Of a stretch of DNA of 64,000 bases, positions 28,401 through 42,310 are shown in pieces; the first letter of the stretch is position 1; every line of letters starts with the position of its first letter. The position numbers and the translations under genes are program-made. Origin of the DNA: Octopus sinensis (taxonomy: Eukaryota). The notes beneath the pieces were generated by a model that had not been told where the DNA came from, searched no databases, and saw nothing but the letters and a program-made list of their open reading frames with translations. The stretch lies in NCBI RefSeq assembly GCF_006345805.1, contig NC_042999.1:112530001-112594000 (forward strand). The letters run 5' to 3'.

Positions 28401-28661
28401 CCTATCATACAATTGTGTTATCCACCCTCCATGAATCCACGTCAGACAGACATAGTGTAAGTAAATGAAACCCAAAAATATTTTGAACTAATGCACTGAT
28501 CTTAGTTTAAATTAGTAAGAATTTCTAAGGGCAGGGATCCAATTTACCCTTTCAAACAGATAAACCTGAAAAAAAAGATCAGAGGAAAAATTTTAAAAAC
28601 TGAAAAAAATTAAAATCTGAATGCCATTTAAAAAGAATTTTTTCCTAATACTATTTAGTAC

Positions 28662-28825
28662 CAGTTATGGGCAAACTGCAAACCACAGGCTACATTTAGT
28701 CTGTGGGACTTTCTAAGTGGCACACCTAACAAAAAATTACCTTGAAAGCTTTTAGTAGTGTGGCCAACCTGATGATGAGCAATGTTACATGTGGCCCACT
28801 TCTCAAAAAAGGCAGCCCATACATG
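28662..28825. mobile_element. hAT-like MITE
   Basis: cagttatgggcaaac ... ggcagcccatacatg imperfect TIRs; internal tgtggccc motifs. Confidence 0.45.
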
Positions 28826-28854
28826 ATATAGAATAACACTTAAAATAACACTTC

Positions 28855-28918
28855 TTTTTTTCAGTGAATTCAAAATTTTTTCAGTGAATTCAAAATTTTT
28901 TCAGTGAATTCAAAATTC
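28855..28918. repeat. Three tandem copies of a 20-bp unit (ttttcagtgaattcaaaatt)
   Basis: Direct reading. Confidence 0.9.
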
Positions 28919-29292
28919 AGTTTCAGTCACTAATTAATTTGACTCAGTTTTTCCAAGATTGTTTCAATTTGTGATAATATCTTAATAATATACAATTTCA
29001 TAAAACATTATGAATATTTATTATAAATTCTAATAAATTACACATAGATAATTTACTTATCATTATGAATGTATATAACAACTATAACTGACTTTCTCTC
29101 ACTCCCTCTCCCTCAGGAAAAGAAAAAGAAGACAAACTAAAAACAACCAATTGATCAACTTTTTAATAATATAAATTATAAGAAAACAACGCAAAAATTA
29201 ATACTGCAGTGTATGTGTGAGTGTTTAAATGGTTATTAGGAATGAGTCTATTATGATGCACTAGTTTTTAATATAATGTACATACAATATAT

Positions 29293-29329
<37 letters not shown>

Positions 29330-29599
29330 AAAATGAGATGATAAAGGAAAAAACAATTATGTTATGAACTATAGCTGACAGCTGTTTCTGCTATAAGATA
29401 TAGACCCATAATTGAAGGACGTTATATCTGCTATAAGATGTGAACCCATAGCTGAGTGCTGCCTGAATAACACCTTATAGTTTCATTGCAGTCTTCAAAT
29501 ATGAAGTCCAATTTATTTGTGAAAAGAATTTATATATATATATATATATGTATATATATCTGCCCATCAATCCATCTCTATCTACTATTCCAGGCAGGG

Positions 29600-29880
29600 T
29601 TGTGGGAGTAGAGTTCTCACGTACTTCCTCCATAGGACCCCTTCAGAAGCAAGCGTCATTATACATTCAGACTGGATTCTCAAGCATGACCAACTTAGAC
29701 TAATTTCACTCGTGGTCTGCCTCTAGCTCTCCCTGTTCTTGGCTCAACTTGAAGAATCCACCTTGTGATTGTTTCTTGTAACATTTTAATCACATGTCCT
29801 TAATACTGGAACTGTGACCTCTCAATGCAGAGAAGTAGCAGCTTGAACTGGAGAGACTCCCTGATCTCCAAGTTATGCAG
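29600..29880 (-). mobile_element. Old RTE-like LINE 3' fragment
   Basis: GHV..M / RWIL..EP..G.ARGRPR-like remnants. Confidence 0.5.
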
Positions 29881-30253
29881 GTGACCCCCGTGAAGCCAAC
29901 AACAGGTGCAATAATCTCATGCATAGGCATCGGTGGCAGAGACAATGGTCAGTGATGGTCTCCCTCAATCACGGGCGAGCAGACACCATATGTATATACA
30001 TACATATCATCACTAAGTAGTAGTAGTAGTAGTATAGAAGAAACAAATGAAGTTGAAAATGCACAGAGAGTTATATATGAAGATTTATTTAAATTAAAAT
30101 TCATACACTTAATCAGTTTCACATTTGTGTGATTTTCAAAAGTATATGTTTTGAGAAACATGGAGCAGTGTTGCAAAGTTACCGTGTGCGTACATGTATA
30201 TGTGTGTGTGTGTGCATGCGTGTACATGCTTGCACATGTATACAGCTAGAGAC

Positions 30254-30285
<32 letters not shown>

Positions 30286-30288
<3 letters not shown>

Positions 30289-30683
30289 GCCGTGTGGTAA
30301 GTAGCTTGCTAACCAACCACATGGTTGCGGGTTCAGTCCCACTGCGTGGCATCTTGGGCAAGTGTCTTCTGCTATAGCCCCAGGCCGACCAATGCCTTGT
30401 GAGTGGATTTGGTAGACGGAAACTGAAAGAAGCCTGTCGTATATATGTATATATATATGTGTGTGTGTGTGTGTTTGTGTGTCTGTGTTTGTCCCCCTAG
30501 CATTGTTTGACAACCGATGCTGGTGTGTTTACGTCCCCGTCACTTAGCGGTTCGGCAAAAGAGACCGATAGAATAAGTACTGGGCTTACAAAGAATAAGT
30601 CCCGGGGTCGATTTGATCGACTAATGGCGGTGCTCCAGCATGGCCGCAGTCAAATGACTGAAACAAGTAAAAGAGTCAAAGAG
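30286..30683 (+). mobile_element. SINE family A, well-preserved bipartite copy with internal (TA)(TG) microsatellite
   Basis: tRNA-like head, central microsatellite, tail ending gaaacaagtaaaagag; another + copy at 52460-52815. Confidence 0.9.
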
Positions 30684-31097
30684 TATATATATATACATAT
30701 ATATCATTTTCATTTTTTTTTCATTATGTATATAGATATTATAATTCTTTTATCTTTTACTTACCTCATAATATGATAACGAATAAAAAAAATAATAAGG
30801 AATAAATATATATATAGAGAGAGAAATAAAATCTGTAATGTAATCCCTAAGTTAAAGACATTAATATTAATAAAGGTTACGAACTAAAAGACGAAGACAG
30901 GTGGTGTAGACAACAAACAGATGTAATAGTATAACGCTCGAGAAGTGAAAAAGTCTTTAACGTTTCGAGCCTACGCACTTTCACAGAAAGAAACAAGGAG
31001 AGAAAATAAAGAATGTGTAGTGGGTAGCGATCTATGTGTGTGTGTATAGTAAATCCCCCCAAAAAACGAAGAACAAACATAAAAAAACAACGCGAGG

Positions 31098-31154
<57 letters not shown>

Positions 31155-31372
31155 CAGGACGCCATGATAGATCGTCAGCTACTACGCGCATTTTTTTCTC
31201 TCCTTGTTTCCCTCCTTGTTTTTTTCTGCGTATCTTTCTGTCGAAGAGCGTAGGCTCGAAACGTAAAAGACTTTTTCTATTCCTGAGCGCTATACTAATA
31301 CATTGGTTTGTTTGTACTTCACCTGCCTTCGTCTTTTGTTTATTTTCGTAAACTTTCCCTTCATATATATAT

Positions 31373-31434
<62 letters not shown>

Positions 31435-31437
<3 letters not shown>

Positions 31438-31960
31438 GTGTAGTGAATAAACTGTCGTCTAAATTGCACAAAAATAACACTTGACATCTCATTTTAACAG
31501 ATATATTTACTAAAATTACATAAAAATATCTTGAAAAACTAAAGAGTAAATTTATTCAATAAAATCGCCATTGGCTTCGGCCACGACCTCCAGACGACTT
31601 CGGAATCTCCTGCACCTCTTCTGGACGGTCTCCTTGTTAAAGTTGGTGAATGCTGCCATAATCCTTGCCTTCAGTTCATCTTTGGTGTAGCTAAGAGTTT
31701 CGTTGGTCTCTCGCTCAACTGCACCCCACACATAATAATCAAGGGGATTGCAGTCTGTAAAGTTAGGTGGTCAGATGTTAGGGGTGATGTGGTCGCAGAA
31801 ATTGTATGACAGCCATGACTGGGTTCCCCTGCTTGTGTGACATGGTGCAGAGTCCTGTTGCCAGACATAGGGACTTCCAGCAGCCATCATCTCCAGCACT
31901 ACCACCTCCAGGCACTTAATGTAGGCTTCCGTGTTAAGTGTGAGGTCGTGCGGGAAGATG
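31435..31960 (-). mobile_element. Tc1/mariner-superfamily transposase C-terminal fragment with TIR
   Basis: YVWQQDSAPCHTSR..PPN.TDCNPLDYYVWGAVERE..RFRSRLEVVAEANGDFIE*; ends ..cacctg-TA. Confidence 0.85.
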
Positions 31961-31996
<36 letters not shown>

Positions 31997-33467
31997 CAAG
32001 CGCAATGGCCTAGTGGTTAGGGCAGCGGACTCGCGGTCGTAGGATTGCGGTTTCGATTCCCAGACCGAGCGTTGTGAGTGTTTATTGAGCGAAAACACCT
32101 AAAGCTCCACGAGGCTCCGGCAGAGGGGGGGGCGATCTCTGCTGTACTCTTTCGCCACAACTTTCTCTCACTCTTTCTTCTGTTGGCCTGCTCGCTTAGC
32201 CGGCGGGGTGGCGTCATTTGAAGGCTAAATCAATGCGAAGCGCATTGTGACCAGTGATATGTAGCAACATCTGATATCCTGGTCTCAGGATGGACTCAGC
32301 CTTTCTTGAACGACCTGCACAAATGATTTGTTTATAGTGAACAAATGTTGGTGTCGCACATTAGCTCACTCTCTCCAGCACATTGACGTTGCCTGAACAG
32401 GTGCACGGTATACCATGCGTCAGGTATCGAAGTGATCGCAGAGTAACGTGAGATGGGGTATTTTGCTCAAGAACACAACGTGCCACTCCGTCTAAGAACT
32501 GAACTCACGATCACTAGACCGTAAGGGCAACACACTAACCACTGGGGCATGTCTCCCCCTCTTTCTCTCTTTCTCTCTCTCTCTCTCTATATATATATAA
32601 ATATATATATGCACGACGAGCTTCTTTCAGATTCCGTCTACCAAATCCACTCACAAGGCTTTGGTTGGCGCGAGGATATAGTAGAAGACACTTGCCGAAG
32701 GTGCCATGTAGTGGGACTGAACCCGGAACCATGTGGTTGGGAAGCAAGCTTCTTACCACACAGCTACAACTGCGATATAATTTATAGACTAATATCAGAT
32801 CAGCCTACATATCAAGCTACATGTGGGTGGGGGGCGGTATTCTAATCTCTAGTCCTGAATACTTAGACTTACTACATACGTTACTGAATATCATATATTA
32901 AAAGCTTTAATCAAAATGTCATGCAAACACCTTTTATAATGTTGCAGCAAGCAAAGATTAAATAATAAAGGGAGACTACTCTAGGTAAACTTTTCACTTC
33001 TCCAGTAACTTATACGAAAATGCGTTATAACTGCACTATAAATTATAAAGCAGTGTGTATATTCTTTTATTCTTTTACTTGTTTCAGTCATTTGACTGCG
33101 GCCATGCTGGAGCACTGTCTTTAGTCAAACAAATCGACCCAAGGACTTATTCTTTGTAAGCCTAGTACTAATTCTATCGGTCACTTTTGCCGAATCGCTA
33201 AATTACGGAGACGTAAACACACCAACATCGGTTATCAAGCAATAGTGGGGGACAAACGCAGACACACAAATACATACATACATACATACATATACTCCTT
33301 GTTAGTGGATTTTGTAGACGAAAACTGAAAGAAGCCTGTCGTGAGTGTGTGTGTATGTATGTATTATATATATATATATATATATATATCTATGTATGTA
33401 TGTACGTATGTATGTATGTATGTATGTATGTATGTATGTATATATATATATATATATAATATATTAT

Positions 33468-33511
<44 letters not shown>

Positions 33512-34249
33512 ACATGCTTCTTTCAGTTTCCGTCTACCAATTCCACTCACAAGGCTTTGGTTGGCTTGTGGCTACAGTAGAAGACACTTGTCCAAATTGC
33601 CAGGCAGTGGACTGAACCCGGAACCATGTAGTTGGGAAGCAATATACATTATTCGTATTATTTATATATTATAAATAAATTTATAGATAAACATACATAC
33701 ATACATACACACTCATACACACACAGAAACCATAAATGTAAGATATAATAACTATATGTGAGAGAGCGTATTCAAATTTGTATACACACACACACAGTAG
33801 ATATATATAGATATATAGATATATAACTTCACATGGAGATATTTGTGTATGTATTTATATAGTATATATACTGTATAATGTGTGTGTGCATATGTCAAAT
33901 GTAAATTACATATGTGAGGTATATGTAATGTGTAAAATAATGCGAATTTTTATGGATCATATTTCTGCATCTTGGAAGGTATTTGGACTCAGCTGGGTAA
34001 AACCGTCGTAATGTTCCAGCCTATACCAGCAAACCTATATATGAAACCATCTATCTTAGTTGAAGGAACAGTGGTAGGCAAGTTTATCTTAGATGATGAA
34101 AAGTTTTTAAGGCTTCAGAAGGTAACTGAATCCTTCAGGGCTCTCGAGTCTCCAGTCTAGTACTCACATGCCATCACAAGGTGAACAAAAGTTGCTTTGA
34201 TCCGCGTGTGTCTTCTGGCGTCCTCCTTTACTTATGTGAGACATGGACC

Positions 34250-34600
34250 CTTTTCGGGCATCATGTAAGGGTCCTTGAACGCTCCCATTAGAGATGTCTG
34301 AGACACATTCTGAATGTTGATCCTTATAGACTCCAGAGCCAACATCCTAAGCATTGGTGTGATGGTGCACCGTCTACATTGGACTGGTCATCATGCTCCG
34401 GTGAATGATCAGAGGTTCCCTGAGCAGATGCTATAAAGAGCAAAAACAAGACTGCGATTTAAGGATTGTGTAAAGTTGAAGGCATGTGAAATATGAGAGG
34501 TTAATTGAGAAAGCAAAGCTTGTCATCGCCTCCAATAAGAGTAGACAATTAAAGAAAAGAGTAGATATTTTCGAAAACCAAAAAAAGCATTTCAGTTACC
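34250..34600 (+). mobile_element. Old RTE-like LINE 3' fragment
   Basis: LHWTGH..ND.RFP.QML..RFKD remnants. Confidence 0.5.
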
Positions 34601-34712
34601 AGGGGAATCACGAGTGTAAAGCATAAATTTGTCTAAGCGCACAATGTTTCTAATGGTCAGTGATGGTCCTTCTTGGTCACGAGTTGACAGCCATCATGTG
34701 TGTTTGGTGTGT

Positions 34713-34747
<35 letters not shown>

Positions 34748-34896
34748 TGTGCGTGCGTATGTGTGTGTATGTGTGTCTGTGTGTGTGTGTGTGTATGTGT
34801 GTATTCTGCTCACCTAATTTTGATCAGCTGCTGAATTAGGCCTCAACTAATATATATCTTATGTGTTCTTGTATGCATGCGAGTATGTATGTATGC

Positions 34897-34929
<33 letters not shown>

Positions 34930-35879
34930 TGTATGTATGTATGTATGTATGTATGTATGTATGTATGTATGTATATATGTATGTATGCATGTATGTATGT
35001 ATTGTGTACGTATGTATTATGTATGTATGTATAGAACTGTGTGTGTTGGTGGGGTACATATATGCATGTATGTACGTACGTGTGTGTATATATGCGTGTA
35101 TGTGTATACAGGCACACTCAAGTATATTTATTCCCAGTAGACCCACCAGTCTTCCGTAATCTTCTCCTTGCTTTCTCTCATTACAGCGTGAGGAACTTTA
35201 GCAATATAAGGAAGATATGTAACTCCTCGGGCGTATTGAGGACAAATTAAATGAGGGAGCTCTGAGCTCTTCAGCCGTAATGAGGACCAATTAAATGAGG
35301 GAGCTCTGAATAAAATTATGCATGGTAGAGACTTTGACTTGAAGTGAAGAGAACCAGTTTAGGAGAGTACAACCAGTTAATAAAATCTACACACGTAAAC
35401 TCCGCAAGCCACGCTGAAGGCAGCTCATCTAAAAAAGCAATTACTTTATATTAAAAAAGAAAATAGAATACAGTGGGTGCTTTAGTCATGACAAACAACC
35501 TTTCTTGTACTTATGGTACGATATGGTACCCCCAGTACATGCTAAAAAGGGATATGATATAGGAAGTACATTCAGTCAATAAAGTAATGCCTAATTTACG
35601 GAAGTTACAAGAACAATTAAACCTTATTTGGGTATACAGAACTATCACTTATCGTTTTTGCATTCAGTAATGGGATGGCCAGGTTGGAACAAATGGTCGT
35701 GTGTGAAAAACCTTTTGATTGTCATCAAACGATTAAATCAACTCTCTTCCATTTAGGGGCAGATAGTGGATATTAAGTAGCTTATGCACCACAAAAAACT
35801 GTTCTCTTCTTATCAGATGCGAAACTTTTGGGTTGGTCATAAACAATCGCACGATGAAGGATAGGTTTGGAGGGATTGT

Positions 35880-36620
35880 ATTTACTGATACTAGAGCGGA
35901 GGCTTATAGATGTATGTTGTGTGCAAGAGATAAGGTGGAGTAGAGTCTCAGCCTAATTCGTTGGGAGTAATGAACACGTATACAAATTTTGGGGGCAGGT
36001 AACAGATGGAGCATTGAAGTGGATAAAGCATTGAAGCATTGAAGTGGATAAAGTAACTGAGATAGCTGAAGTATGTGATAGAATGATTAAATTTAAATTC
36101 ATCATATGCAACACGACAACAGTAACTTCTGCACCACAGTCACGACTTTCTATGAGGCTCTCTTGCATATTACCGTGATAACTGGTGACAGCGACCTTGT
36201 TATGATAGTTAATGACTTTAATGGGAAAATGTTGAGCAATACTATAATGGCTACTTCAGTGTACATGGAGATTATGGGCATAGAATAAGGAATGAAAAAA
36301 GAAAAGATCAAGAATATTGGAGTCCTGTAACATAAATGAGCTAGCTATTGGCAACATTAACTTCTGAAAACTTGCCACCATTCCAATCTCCGGCGAATCA
36401 AGGAAACATACAAACCAGATAGATTTTATATTAGAATAGAGTATGTAACTGCATGTAGAAACTAAATTCTTCCCCAGTGAAAATGCATTATTCAGTATAG
36501 ACTTATGGTCAACGACTTCAGGGTAAGAGTTCGACGGACTCGAAGACACGAGGAATCTTGATAAGAAAGGAATAAAATCTGAAAGATTCTTCGGCCAGCA
36601 ATGATTTCAAAGAAATACTA
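35880..36620 (+). mobile_element. Highly decayed LINE APE-endonuclease region
   Basis: CVQEIRW, SAPQ, DFNG, NQIDFIL remnants. Confidence 0.55.
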
Positions 36621-37345
36621 CTTGATACGTGTGAGAAGAAGTAGATAGATACTTATAACATAGAGGGCAAATGGTAATTTCTACGAGACAACCTGCCGCT
36701 AACCACAGAATAAATCTGTTGGTGGAGCAAGATTCCAGCCAGCTGAAAGGATAAAATTGATAGACTGTGATAATCAGAAAAGCCAAGAGCCAAACTCCGA
36801 ATGAAAGGTGGATACAAGCAAAAATATTAGGTAGCTAGAAGATAAGCTAAATGTCAGGTTTACAATATAAGGAAAGAAACTGAATGAAAGGTGTTTACAA
36901 ATGTTCTAAGACAAGAAAATCAGAGGCGTAAAGTGTTCCGAATTACAAAGCAGTGTGTTGGTACTAGTCAAATTGTTGTTGACGAAAAGTGAGAACAGAA
37001 TGAGAGCAGTGCACATGATCATATTGAGACGAAAAGAAAGATGCTTAGAAATATTACGATGAAAAGCTAAATTAGAAACATGCGTGGGAGAAGAGGGTCT
37101 AAGCAACTAGATCCAAAAGAGACGCCACCTTCTGAAGTTAACGGTATTATACGGTAGATAGCGTGATTATTGATATGAAGGAAGGGGTGGCCCCTGAAAT
37201 ATTAAAGACATCAGTTATAGCTCCAAATTAAAGAAAGACAACTAACGAAAAAATATAGAGAAATCTTTAATAAAAAAAAGATTAAATTCGAACACAATCA
37301 TGTGATCAATGTTTGAAAGAAAGTTTGTTCTCTAGGCATATATAT

Positions 37346-37411
<66 letters not shown>

Positions 37412-37651
37412 TATATATATACATACATATATATATATACATATATATATACATATATATATATATATACAAACATTTATATATATATATACAAACATAC
37501 ATACATATATATATATATTATATTATATATATATATATATATATTATGTATGTATGTTTGTATATATATAAATGTTTGTATATAATATATATATGTATGT
37601 ATATATATATGTATGTATATATATATATATGTATGTATATATATATATATG

Positions 37652-37758
<107 letters not shown>

Positions 37759-37946
37759 ATATATATACGTATATGTACGTGTGTCTGTGTGTCTGTCTGT
37801 CTGTATAACACATCGACAATACAGAGAAGCTTACATTACCGATTCTACACATTTCAATTTCTCAGTCATTTATTGATTGAACATTTTAATGTTTACCTTT
37901 TACCACCTGAATAAATCCTAAGACACACACAATATGTATGTGTGCA

Positions 37947-38004
<58 letters not shown>

Positions 38005-38627
38005 TGTGTGTGTATCCACATAAAGGACCCTGCTGAAAAAAATATCCATAGAAATTTCCCTCTTTCAATGGCATGAAATCTCTTACATATAGCATATGAC
38101 ATCGTAAGAAATGCAAACGTAGGAAATACCCTATAAGTGGAATGAGGGTAAAAACTAGAACCATATAAATATTAATAAAACTTGCAAACTGGTAATGGTG
38201 TGATATACACATTACTACTCTTTGTATTCACCGGAGTGAATCATAGAATTACAGACTCCCTGTGGATAAGCGTAAATGACAGAGACGGAAAAGTGGGAAC
38301 AGAGAGACATCTCAACAAACAGTGATATATACGCACGTACATACATACACGCGCGCGCGTGTATATAAATATGTGTATGTATATACATATATACATTATA
38401 TATAGAGAGAGAACACATATTTCTATGCTTGCACATTTACTTATGCATTATGTATATGCGCGTGCATACGTATACATACGTACATATATACATAACATGC
38501 ATGCATACATACATACATACATACATACATACATACATACATACATACATACATACATACATACATACATACGTTTATTAATCAACTTATCACCTCCCTG
38601 AAGTTGCTGACCTTGCGTCAAAATTTG

Positions 38628-38708
<81 letters not shown>

Positions 38709-38709
<1 letters not shown>

Positions 38710-38907
38710 GGCACCGAGCTGGCAGAATCGTTAGCATGCTGGATGAAACGCTTAGCGGTGTTTCGCCCGTCGCTATGTTCTGAGTTCAAATTCCGCCGAG
38801 GTCGACTTTACCTTTCATTCTTTCAGGGTCGATAAATTAAGTACCAGTGAAACACTGAGGTCGATGTAATCGACTAGTCCTCTCCCTCCTAAATTTCAGA
38901 CCTTGTG
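38709..38907 (+). mobile_element. tRNA-derived SINE family B; other copies at 20200-20400(+), 27560-27720(-), 27838-28030(+), 28170-28370(-), 40899-41308(-), 44960-45550(-, three in tandem), 48630-48780(-)
   Basis: gagctggcagaatcgttagc..gagttcaaattccgccgaggtcgacttt.cctttcat shared. Confidence 0.85.
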
Positions 38908-38934
38908 TGAATCAGTTTGAATACTAAAGTCTCA

Positions 38935-40085
38935 AACGACGATGATGTCTATTTTCTAATACTTTGGCATGTTTATGTTCCCGCCAATTCTTCTCAAATG
39001 GGTGTTCAAATTGACAGCATATGATCCAATGCAAATACTGACTAGGTCTATCACGGTAATTAATGTACTTAGGTGAGGCTAACATAGAGCGTCCAGGAAT
39101 GAGGCGGTCAATAGTTTCTCTGATTGTACCACAAAAGTGGAAGGTAGGATCAGCACTATTTTTCAGAATGTTGGTTTGGTAGTTGCTGGTGGGTGGACAC
39201 TGATCCTGAGCTACTATGAGTGGTTACTGAAAAGATATAGACATAGAAGGTGTAGATGTATTCAGTATTGATGGATGCTAGCATTTTATACACGGCTATA
39301 AAACATGCTATTGGCGGAAGTTTGGGTGGTTATTAGCTACGTCACTTTTGGGGAATATGTTACTCCATTTACTAGCGAGGGAGGAATTTTCCTGGGGTTT
39401 TGCATAATGTTATTGCAGAGGTGTGCCAAGCTCTCATGGGAGTGAGGGAGAGCATTCAACCAGATGTTAAGGATTTTATCTTTACCTGGTGATTTCCATT
39501 TGCTATATTTTCTTAGTGCAGTGCTGAGATCTTCATCAAAGATATCTTTCCATATTTACTCTTTAATATTTTCAGAGTCGCTGACTTGATGAATGCAGAG
39601 AAAATCACAATTGTGTCTTGGAGGGGATCGACTCGATTGATTTCCAAAACTTTTGTACTTCCTCCTTGATAATCATGGTTTTAATATTGATATTAGGTCT
39701 TGCAATGTTCCTATGAAATCTTTCAGGATTGTTTTGGAACATACTGTTACTTTTGAAAAAAAGTTTGATCTTTTCTCGATTCTCTATATATGTGCTGCTT
39801 TGGCTTGGATAATTTGCTTGATTTTTTGGGGATTGCTTCATCGATTTCACATCTTTTTTATATCATATTTTCTTTTCAGCTCCTTAGCGTTTGGCTAAAA
39901 AGCTGAAATTTTTTTCTCTCTTTGCTCTTGATGTTCTTGAGTATTTCAATATCAGATCTGAGTATATTAATTTTATTTCTAATTCTCTTTTGTCATGCTG
40001 GTTTTCTGTTTATGTTTTTCATTTATATCTTTCTCATTGCTTGAATACCACGCAATACAATGGTTATTAAGGCCGCAACAAGATG
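38935..40085 (-). mobile_element. Decayed non-LTR RT-region fragment, R4/Dong-like
   Basis: FQNNPERF..FWKSI..WKSPGKDKILNIW remnants. Confidence 0.6.
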
Positions 40086-41039
40086 GGATCTACTTCATTT
40101 TCATCCAAGATGGATTTTATAATTGCGTTTACCTTGCCTATTATTCTATCCTTTTGTACTGAGTTGTGAATCTTGGGAAGATCATTGCAATCTCTGTTCG
40201 ATGTTTGGCCCTCAAACCACTTTCTTTTACTCTTTTACTTGTTTTAAATCAACCCCAGGACTTATTCTTTGTAAGCCTAGTACTTATTCTATCGGTCTCT
40301 TTTGCCGAACTACTAAGTTACAGGGACATAAACACACCACCATCGATTGTCAAGCGATGTTGGGGGAACAAACACAGACACACAAACAAATACACATAAA
40401 TATGTGCCAACAGTGGAACATCTACATAGTTGCTCAGCCAGCTAAAACTAGAAGCCAAATTTTTCTTCAAACATATCCTACTATCTTTAAAAATCTACAT
40501 TAGATGACGAAGTATTAGATATACGATGTCCTCAGATAACACCTCTTTGATCATAAATCTACCCAACGGGGGCTGACCTTGGGCTAAACAACAATAGCAC
40601 ATACAAACATACATATAAAGTCCTTCGCTTTATGATCCATTTTTCCAACTTGGCATAGGTTGGATGGGTCTGCTGCATTGCACACATTATTATTTCTTTT
40701 GACCGTACCATAGCCTTTTATAACACTCTCTACTGTCATGTATCGTACTTTTTTACCCAGCATTTAATATCTTTTTGTTTTGCATCGTTAAACTAACACG
40801 ATTATTTTTTCTGGTTTACATCAGCAGGTACTTTTAACGCTTGATTACTTTATCAGTTCACCTGTGTCCCACCTTTCATGTAAATTAACATTATATTAAC
40901 TCCAAATTTTAGAACAGGGCTTGCTGGTACTTATTTTATCGACTCCGTAAGGATGGAGGGCAAAGTCGACCTCAGCGGAATTTGAACTCAGAGTGTAAAG
41001 ACAGACGAAATGCCGCTAAGCATTTTGCCCAGCATGCTA

Positions 41040-41282
41040 GGTAGGAGAGTCCAGTTTGCTGGACATTGTTGTAGAGATGAAAAAGAAGTAATTTCTACTC
41101 TTCTCCTCTGGAAGCCATCTACTCGCAACACCAGAGGGCGCACACTCTCCTACCCTGATGTAATCTTCAGGGATACAGGCATCCAGCAACAGGACCTCCG
41201 TAATGCCATGATGGACCGTAAAGTCTGGCGTAGCATGGTAAATTCCATTGTCTCGACCACGGTCGAACAATGATGATGATGA
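41040..41282 (+). mobile_element. RTE LINE 3' end with (TGA)n tail, nested in a family B SINE
   Basis: RRVQFAGHCCR..LLWKP..RG..AMMDRKVWR; SINE sequence resumes after the tail. Confidence 0.8.
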
Positions 41283-41344
41283 GTGATTCTGCAAGCTCAT
41301 CACCTTAATGTAAATTAACATTATATTACTGTCAAGCAAGGTAT

Positions 41345-41660
41345 TATCCCACCGAAGTGGGATGCAAAGGGTTTGCAGGTCAGCCCCTAATCTACACAGC
41401 TCACAGTACGCTTGGCATCACAGGGGCCAGTAAGTAGAACGCCATCTGGTGGGTTGTGGAGACAGCAAAGCTTGCCTCAAGGTGACTGTGGATCGAGAAG
41501 TACAAACCCTGAAAGGGCAAGTACGACCAGATGTAGTGCTAACTGGACACAAACTGAGGTCTGGTCAACCCCGGATAGATTACAGGGTGAGAATGTCCGA
41601 TGTTGAAAGACCCGAAACACCTAATGACTCTAGGAAATATCACAGGGTGATAAAAACTGC
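41345..41660 (+). mobile_element. 3' end of an RLE-type (Hero/R2-like) non-LTR element
   Basis: PTEVGCKGFAGQ..LGITG motif followed by a 3' UTR. Confidence 0.55.
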
Positions 41661-42196
41661 TATTTGGATTACTGAACCCAGTCAAACATAAGTTTAGAAC
41701 GTAAACGGACGGAACTAAAAGCTGTCAGACATTTAAACTAGTATTGTACCAAATCAGCACCTCCAACTTAATAAAAGAAAAAATTACCATTATTATCGTC
41801 ATTATTTAGAATTTAACATTATTTTTATAATATTTCCATAACTTTTCATAAATAAAAAGGAATTTTGTTTGTTTCCAAATAATGGTACAGAAATATTTAT
41901 AAAAGAAATAAGGATAAAACTTTGTGTGTATGTATGCTGCTGTGTGTGAGTGTGCGCTTTGTGTATGTATTGTGTGTGTGTGTGTGCGTCATGAGTGCAA
42001 CAGTGAGTGAGTGGGAGGCTGTATATATAATTACTAATTCAATTTAAAATAAATTTGGGAACAAGTTCGTTCGTAAAATATTTCACTGAAGTAGACTGTT
42101 TGGAAACTGGTGAAAAAATCCCCAAAGTATCTCTTGATGAATTATTTCTCTGTTGTGTGAGGGTATGTAGTTATATATATGTATGTATATATTATA

Positions 42197-42310
<114 letters not shown>

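Noticed and set aside
28855-28918. CRISPR-like array
   Set aside because: Spacer-less tandem repeat in eukaryotic DNA
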